A DNA stretch of 64,000 nucleotides from Chloroflexota bacterium (GTDB taxonomy: Bacteria > Chloroflexota > Anaerolineae > J102): assembly GCA_013151415.1 (NCBI GenBank), contig JAADII010000144.1:238-64237 (forward strand). The letters run 5' to 3'. Below, in pieces: positions 58,793 to 64,000 of the stretch (its first letter is position 1; the number at the start of each line of letters is the position of its first letter). A program made the position numbers and the translations under genes. The notes under the pieces are model-generated. The model had not been told where the DNA came from. It was given only the letters and a program-made list of their open reading frames with translations, and made no database searches.

Positions 58793-59332
58793 TTGAACTT
58801 CGGACTTTGGACATTGGACGCTATTTTCGAAGCAGGCATCCCCGATGATTTGATCGACGCCATCCGAGCGGTGCGTTTCATCGCCTTCGATTTCGATGGC
58901 GTGTTCACCGACAACATGGTTTATGTGTTCGAAGACGGCCGCGAGGCTGTGCGGTGCACGCGCGCGGATGGCATTGGCCTACGCAAGTTGGAACGTTTAG
59001 GCGTGGAGCCATACATCATTTCCAGCGAACCCAACGATGTGGTGGCGCATCGCAGTCGCAAACTCAAGATCGGTTTCATCCATGGTTGCAAGGACAAACG
59101 AGCGGCCCTGAAAGAGCTTTTGCAAACACGCGGTCTGACCCCCGATCAGGCGGCGTTTGTGGGCAACGACATCAACGACTTATCTGCATTGCAATTTGTG
59201 GGCTTGCCCATTGTGGTGCAAGACGCCCATTCCGAGGTGATTTCTGTCGCCAAATATCGCACCAACCGGCCTGGCGGCCATGGCGCAGTGCGGGAGATTT
59301 GTGATTTGTTCGAGGCTGTTTATGGAACCTGA
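58793..59332 (+). CDS. KdsC/YrbI-family HAD phosphatase (KDO8P / nonulosonate-9-P phosphatase)
   Basis: FDFDGVFTDN, RADGIG, GNDIND, GGHGAVREICD; start codon uncertain. Confidence 0.88.
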   Translation: MNFGLWTLDAIFEAGIPDDLIDAIRAVRFIAFDFDGVFTDNMVYVFEDGREAVRCTRADGIGLRKLERLGVEPYIISSEPNDVVAHRSRKLKIGFIHGCKDKRAALKELLQTRGLTPDQAAFVGNDINDLSALQFVGLPIVVQDAHSEVISVAKYRTNRPGGHGAVREICDLFEAVYGT

Positions 59333-59378
59333 ATAGTCGCGCCTGTTTGCAGCACACACTTTGGAGGAGCGTCACTTG

Positions 59379-60215
59379 ATGAAGACAGATTCCTCACCCT
59401 TGCTTGCCTTCTTGCACATCCCCAAAGCGGGTGGAACGACGATACATCGCATCATTGAACGCAACTATAGTAAGGACGCCATATTCACCATCAGAGGGAT
59501 GCGGGTGCAGGAATCCATTGAGGAATTTCTCGCTCTTTCGCCCCAACAGCTCGCCAGATTGGAAATCGTCAAGGGACATTTCTGTTTTGGACTACACGAA
59601 TTTGTTCAGCGCCCGATGTGTTATTTCACCTTTCTTCGCCATCCGGTCGCCCGCGTAATTTCCAGTTACTATTTCATTCTGCGCACGCCTCATCACACTT
59701 ATCACGATCTTTTGGTTTCTCGAAACATGACTCTGGCCCAGTTTGTTCGACAAGGCGTCTCGAAAGTGGCCACCGACAACGGCCAGACGCGTATACTTGC
59801 GGGGTGGGAATGTCTTGACGCCGTGGATTTTGGGAAGTGTGATCGAGACATGTTAGAACAGGCCAAGATCAACCTGGTCACGCATTTTGACTGCATCGGC
59901 CTTGTCGAGCAATTCAACAGGAGCCTGATTTTGGCTCGACGCGCGTTTCATTGGAACCGACTGTTGTATCTGAAGCAGAACACAATGCCGCGCTCGGTCA
60001 GGCCAAGCGTATCCGATTCCACTCGGCAACTTATTCGCGAGGCAAACCGACTTGACATGGAATTATACGATTTTGCGGCGGGCCTATTTCAAGAGGCCTT
60101 TGCCAGGCTTGGCGCCAAGGCGGAGCTGGAGGTTAAGCTATTCGAGTTGTTGAATTCGCTTTACGCCATAGTTGCACCGAGATACGCATCGGTGCGCTCC
60201 TCTATGCGTCAATAG
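59379..60215 (+). CDS. Sulfotransferase family 2 protein
   Basis: FLHIPKAGGTT (5'-PSB) and FLRHPVARVISSY (3'-PB). Confidence 0.88.
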   Translation: MKTDSSPLLAFLHIPKAGGTTIHRIIERNYSKDAIFTIRGMRVQESIEEFLALSPQQLARLEIVKGHFCFGLHEFVQRPMCYFTFLRHPVARVISSYYFILRTPHHTYHDLLVSRNMTLAQFVRQGVSKVATDNGQTRILAGWECLDAVDFGKCDRDMLEQAKINLVTHFDCIGLVEQFNRSLILARRAFHWNRLLYLKQNTMPRSVRPSVSDSTRQLIREANRLDMELYDFAAGLFQEAFARLGAKAELEVKLFELLNSLYAIVAPRYASVRSSMRQ

Positions 60216-60280
60216 CAGGAGCAACATCGACGTTTGCGTGTGAGAAAACCCTCAGTTTGACGGCGTATTGCGGATGGCGC

Positions 60281-61441
60281 ATGACAATGCTGACAGGCAT
60301 GCGACGGCAGCTACGAAGGGTGCGGCGATTTTTCCTTTCCGATATCCATCCCCCCGCATATTGCGAAAACGTGGAGGCGTGGTGTAAAGGATATCCCGCC
60401 GCTTCTTGTCAGCGCATCTCCGAGGGATATTCTGTGGTTCGTTCATTGCCTCTAGCCCCCGCCGAGACCGAGGTGCATTGGCTCTTTCATAAACATCAGC
60501 GTCATACTTTTCCCGCTCAATACTTGGCCAAAATACCTGACGCCAAACTCGTTGGCGTCAACGGTCTCATCATTTTGCCCGATGGAACATTCACGGTGGA
60601 GCCGGTATACACGTCGGATTTTTTGAAGAGCGATCCAGCGTATCGTCACTATTTCCCTTGGGAGATCAAGCCTCGTCGCGGGCGCTATTACTCGCTTTTG
60701 CTTCGCTCCTGTTGGAGCGGGAATTATTATCATTGGCTTGTTAATGTGTTGCAGAGGTTGTATCGCGTTCTTGAGCGTCTACCAGACGATGTAACTTTCA
60801 TCACCCCTTCGCCTTTGAGACCTTATCAGTTAGAAACCTTGAGGATATTGGGCATTGAGCGCCGTTTGGCGCCTTTCCGTCCCACCGAGGTGTGGAAGTT
60901 CGATGTTTTGTTTTTCTCTCCTCCTGTCGCCTTGTCCGCGCATCATCTGCCCGAAGCCTTGCATTGGTTGCGTTCTCGATTGATGCATGCATATTGCATC
61001 AGCAACGAGCGCGACAAGCCAGGTCGGCGCTTGTTCATCAGTCGTGAAAAAGCCCAAAATCGTCGCATCGTCAATATGGATGAGCTCAGGCCTGTGTTGG
61101 AGAGGCATGGGTTCGACATCGTTTTGGCCGAAGAACTGAGCTTGAGGGAGCAAATCGAGCTTTTCGCCAAAGCAAATGCGATCATCGCGCCCCACGGCGC
61201 GGGGCTGACCAATATGCTTTTTGCTCGTTCCGACACCGTTATCATAGAGATATTTGGCGATCAGGCGGTGCATTATGCTTATTGGACTATGAGCGAAGCG
61301 TTGGGATATTCGTATTACTACTTGATTGGTAAGAATATTCCCAACGACGCGTATGCAAAGGCGCCCCGAAAAGAATTTTATTGGGACATCTACGTTCCAC
61401 CAGAAAAATTGGAGCAAGTCATCAACGAGGCGCTTCGATAA
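60281..61441 (+). CDS. Glycosyltransferase family 61 (DUF563)
   Basis: NYYHWL, LFISR...RRIVN, EQIELF...IIAPHGAGLTNMLF. Confidence 0.88.
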   Translation: MTMLTGMRRQLRRVRRFFLSDIHPPAYCENVEAWCKGYPAASCQRISEGYSVVRSLPLAPAETEVHWLFHKHQRHTFPAQYLAKIPDAKLVGVNGLIILPDGTFTVEPVYTSDFLKSDPAYRHYFPWEIKPRRGRYYSLLLRSCWSGNYYHWLVNVLQRLYRVLERLPDDVTFITPSPLRPYQLETLRILGIERRLAPFRPTEVWKFDVLFFSPPVALSAHHLPEALHWLRSRLMHAYCISNERDKPGRRLFISREKAQNRRIVNMDELRPVLERHGFDIVLAEELSLREQIELFAKANAIIAPHGAGLTNMLFARSDTVIIEIFGDQAVHYAYWTMSEALGYSYYYLIGKNIPNDAYAKAPRKEFYWDIYVPPEKLEQVINEALR

Positions 61442-62256
61442 TGGACACTTTGTTTTCAGTGCAAGATCAAATCGTCATCATCACTGGCGGCATGGGTCAG
61501 TTGGGGCGACAGTTCACCCTGGCCTTGCTCGATCGCGGCGCTCGCGTGGCCGTGTTCGATATGCGCGTGGACGAGGACTATGTGCGCCAGCGTTTTGGTT
61601 CGCGGACCGACGATCCAAATCTTATGTTCCAACAGGTCGATGTCACCGATCGAACATCCATTGAGCTGGGCCTGGCCGCGGTGGTGGAGCAATGGGATGT
61701 TCCTCATGGCCTTATCAACAACGCGGGTCTCGATTCGCCGCCCGACGCGCCAGCCGAGGAAAACGGCCCTTTCGAGACTTATCCCGAAGCTTCATTGGAT
61801 AAGGTGCTGGATGTGAATTTGAAGGGCGTGGTGCTTTGCTGCCAGGTCATCGGCGGGGCCATGGCGCGGGCCGGTCGCGGCTCCATCATCAACATTAGCT
61901 CTATCTATGGTTTGGTCTCACCCGATCAGCGGTTGTATACTTATCGCGCCGCACAGGGCGCGCCTTTTTTCAAGCCCGTGGCTTATTCCATCTCTAAATC
62001 GGGCTTGCTCAATCTCACCCGCTATCTGGCCACCTACTGGGCCGAAAAAGGGGTGCGGGTGAACACCCTCACCTTTGGCGGCGTGTTCAATCATCAGGAC
62101 GAACAATTTTTGGCCAATTACGCTTCTCGCGTCCCCTTGGGGCGCATGGCTCGCGAAGATGAATACAACGGCGCGGTTATTTTTTTGCTTTCCGACGCCT
62201 CTTCCTATATGACCGGCTCCAATATGATCATTGACGGAGGTTGGACCGCATGGTGA
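61441..62256 (+). CDS. SDR family oxidoreductase (nonulosonate-pathway associated)
   Basis: TGGMGQLG, NNAG, SSIYG, YSISK, DGGWTAW. Confidence 0.88.
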   Translation: MDTLFSVQDQIVIITGGMGQLGRQFTLALLDRGARVAVFDMRVDEDYVRQRFGSRTDDPNLMFQQVDVTDRTSIELGLAAVVEQWDVPHGLINNAGLDSPPDAPAEENGPFETYPEASLDKVLDVNLKGVVLCCQVIGGAMARAGRGSIINISSIYGLVSPDQRLYTYRAAQGAPFFKPVAYSISKSGLLNLTRYLATYWAEKGVRVNTLTFGGVFNHQDEQFLANYASRVPLGRMAREDEYNGAVIFLLSDASSYMTGSNMIIDGGWTAW

Positions 62257-63020
62257 AAACACCCAGCATTGTCGGTCTCATCCCCGCTCGCGCCGGCTCT
62301 AAGCGCGTTCGCAACAAGAACGTGCGCCTCCTGGCCGGTCACCCTCTCATGGCCTACACCATTGCTGCGGCGTTGCAAAGCAACGTGTTCGATGCGGTCA
62401 TCGTCTCCACCGATTCGGCCCAATATGCCGATATCGCTCGTCATTACGGCGCCGAGGTCCCCTTTTTACGACCGGCCGAGTTCGCTGGCGATCTATCGCC
62501 CGATATCGAATGGGTGGAGTACACATTGAAACGTCTGGTCGACGAAGGCCGGTCGTTCGATTGCTTTAGTATTTTGCGTCCCACCAGCCCCTTTCGTCAA
62601 CCAGAAACCATTCAGCGCGCCTGGCGCGAGTTCCTGGCTGAAAAGGGCGTCGATTCCCTGCGCGCGGTCGAGAAATGTCGCCAACATCCGGGCAAGATGT
62701 GGGTGGTGCGCGGCCGGCGCATGACGCCGCTCTTACCCCTCTCGCCGCCCGAACAGCCCTGGCACAGCAGCCAATATCAGTCCTTGCCCGTGGTCTATGT
62801 GCAAAATGCCAGCCTGGAAATCGCCTGGACTCGGGTCGTATTCGAGGAGCGCACCATTGCCGGCAATGTGCTCATGCCCTTTTTTACGCAGGGCATGGAG
62901 GGGTTCGATATCAACGCGGAGAAGGACTGGTGGTATGCTGAACATCTCCTAACGCGCGGCGAGGCCCATCTGCCTCGCGTTTCTCAATCTCCTTATGTTT
63001 TCCCTTCCCGTTTGGTCTAA
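62250..63020 (+). CDS. neuA: Acylneuraminate cytidylyltransferase
   Basis: IPARAGSKRVRNKN, VSTDS, PFLRPAE, LRPTSPFR, DIN...D. Confidence 0.9.
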   Translation: MVKTPSIVGLIPARAGSKRVRNKNVRLLAGHPLMAYTIAAALQSNVFDAVIVSTDSAQYADIARHYGAEVPFLRPAEFAGDLSPDIEWVEYTLKRLVDEGRSFDCFSILRPTSPFRQPETIQRAWREFLAEKGVDSLRAVEKCRQHPGKMWVVRGRRMTPLLPLSPPEQPWHSSQYQSLPVVYVQNASLEIAWTRVVFEERTIAGNVLMPFFTQGMEGFDINAEKDWWYAEHLLTRGEAHLPRVSQSPYVFPSRLV

Positions 63021-63051
63021 CTGGGCTTGATGCAATGCGTTTCAGGTGCGT

Positions 63052-64000
63052 ATGATGAAATCTCACAGTCGGTTCTTTTCCCGCAGTCTTTATTTGGTTG
63101 TATTGTTTGCGCCTTTGGTTTTGTCGCTGCTATTTCAGGCCGAGGCGAAGTCGGCCCAATCGGACGTCGCTCGCTCTGCTGCACAGACTTACACCTGCCC
63201 GGTTAAAGTTATGGCCGTAGGGGACTCGGTGACATACGGTCGGTTGAGTTCGTGGGGGGCGGGTTTTCGCCATAATTTGAATTATTGGGGCGTCGCCGAG
63301 GGGCTGGATATCCAATGGGTCGGTCAGCTCACTTCGCCCGCGCCCAACCATGAAGGCCATCGCGGGGCCACTATCGAAGATATCCGTTTGAATGTGATCG
63401 ACACCGCGATGAATAGGTATAAACCCCACGTTATGATTTTGATGATCGGCACCAACAATGTCGAGGTGGATGCAGATATTGATGCCATGCGCACGGCCAT
63501 CAATACTTTAGTGAATCGCATCTTGCAAAATGATCCGAATATCCGACTCATTTTGGCTTCCATTCCACCGGTTGGGCATCGTGAAAACGAAGATCCGGCC
63601 GTTTGGGACGCCAAGAACGTCGTGGCTGGTCTTTACAGCCAAGAGGTGGAGAGGGTGGCCAGGAATAAGATAGATAACGGCTATAATGTGGTCTTCGTCG
63701 ATATCTACAACAACCTGGATCGATTCGCGGACCTGGCCGATGGACTGCACCCTAACGACAGCGGACATATTAAGATTGCTCAGCAAATGTATCCGCCTCT
63801 CAAAAGTTGGGTGAAAGATTTGTGCCCCCTTGTTCCTACGAAAACGCCCACCCCCACCAGCGAGGCCACCGCCACACCCACAAACACGCCCACTCCAACA
63901 CTCACGCCCACCCCCACCATCACCCCCACCCCAACGCCGGTGTGGCGTTTTCGCGGGTATACTTATGAACAAGGGGCGGGCGGCGCTCCTTCGCCCTTGA
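63052..64000 (+). CDS. Secreted SGNH/GDSL hydrolase with Pro/Thr linker (3'-truncated; absent from the ORF track)
   Basis: Manual translation: signal peptide, VMAVGDSVTYG, HEGHRG, MIGTNN, DGLHPNDSG, then TPTPT repeats; no stop before the window end. Confidence 0.85.
   Translation, partial: MMKSHSRFFSRSLYLVVLFAPLVLSLLFQAEAKSAQSDVARSAAQTYTCPVKVMAVGDSVTYGRLSSWGAGFRHNLNYWGVAEGLDIQWVGQLTSPAPNHEGHRGATIEDIRLNVIDTAMNRYKPHVMILMIGTNNVEVDADIDAMRTAINTLVNRILQNDPNIRLILASIPPVGHRENEDPAVWDAKNVVAGLYSQEVERVARNKIDNGYNVVFVDIYNNLDRFADLADGLHPNDSGHIKIAQQMYPPLKSWVKDLCPLVPTKTPTPTSEATATPTNTPTPTLTPTPTITPTPTPVWRFRGYTYEQGAGGAPSPL

Overview
GC-rich bacterial chromosomal segment, most likely Chloroflexota (Anaerolineae/Caldilineae-like). 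This is inferred from a TIGR03663+NHL protein, Pro/Thr-linker secreted proteins with F/YLPL motifs, and the style of intergenic repeats. Left half (1-36 kb): two GT-C-like membrane proteins, an Rpn nuclease, lgt, two moeA paralogs (one frameshifted) split by an RHH/HNH cassette, an MntA/HepT toxin-antitoxin pair, EamA, a P-type ATPase homolog with its catalytic motifs substituted, alr, a GHL10 hydrolase, an MtnA-like isomerase, a FadR-AGPS-GlpD operon, a convergent Ddn-KstD-sterol glycosyltransferase operon, a fusion of two different ferredoxin-NADP reductases, folD, mutL and a HAD nucleotidase. Right half (36-64 kb): a large co-oriented surface-glycan locus (Wzx, Wzm/Wzt, GT2/GT4/GT61, Fcl, acyl-, methyl- and sulfotransferases, NeuB/KdsC-like/SDR/NeuA nonulosonate genes, secreted glyco-enzymes). 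Most notable: the intact pseudo-P-type ATPase, a degenerate Vsr-like nuclease fused to a PcrA-type Tudor domain, the double-FNR fusion beside a steroid-modification operon, an internal-start Rpn antitoxin, and a family of modular short-period inverted repeats. No rRNA, tRNA or CRISPR array was recognised. All calls come from motif recognition by eye; no searches were run.
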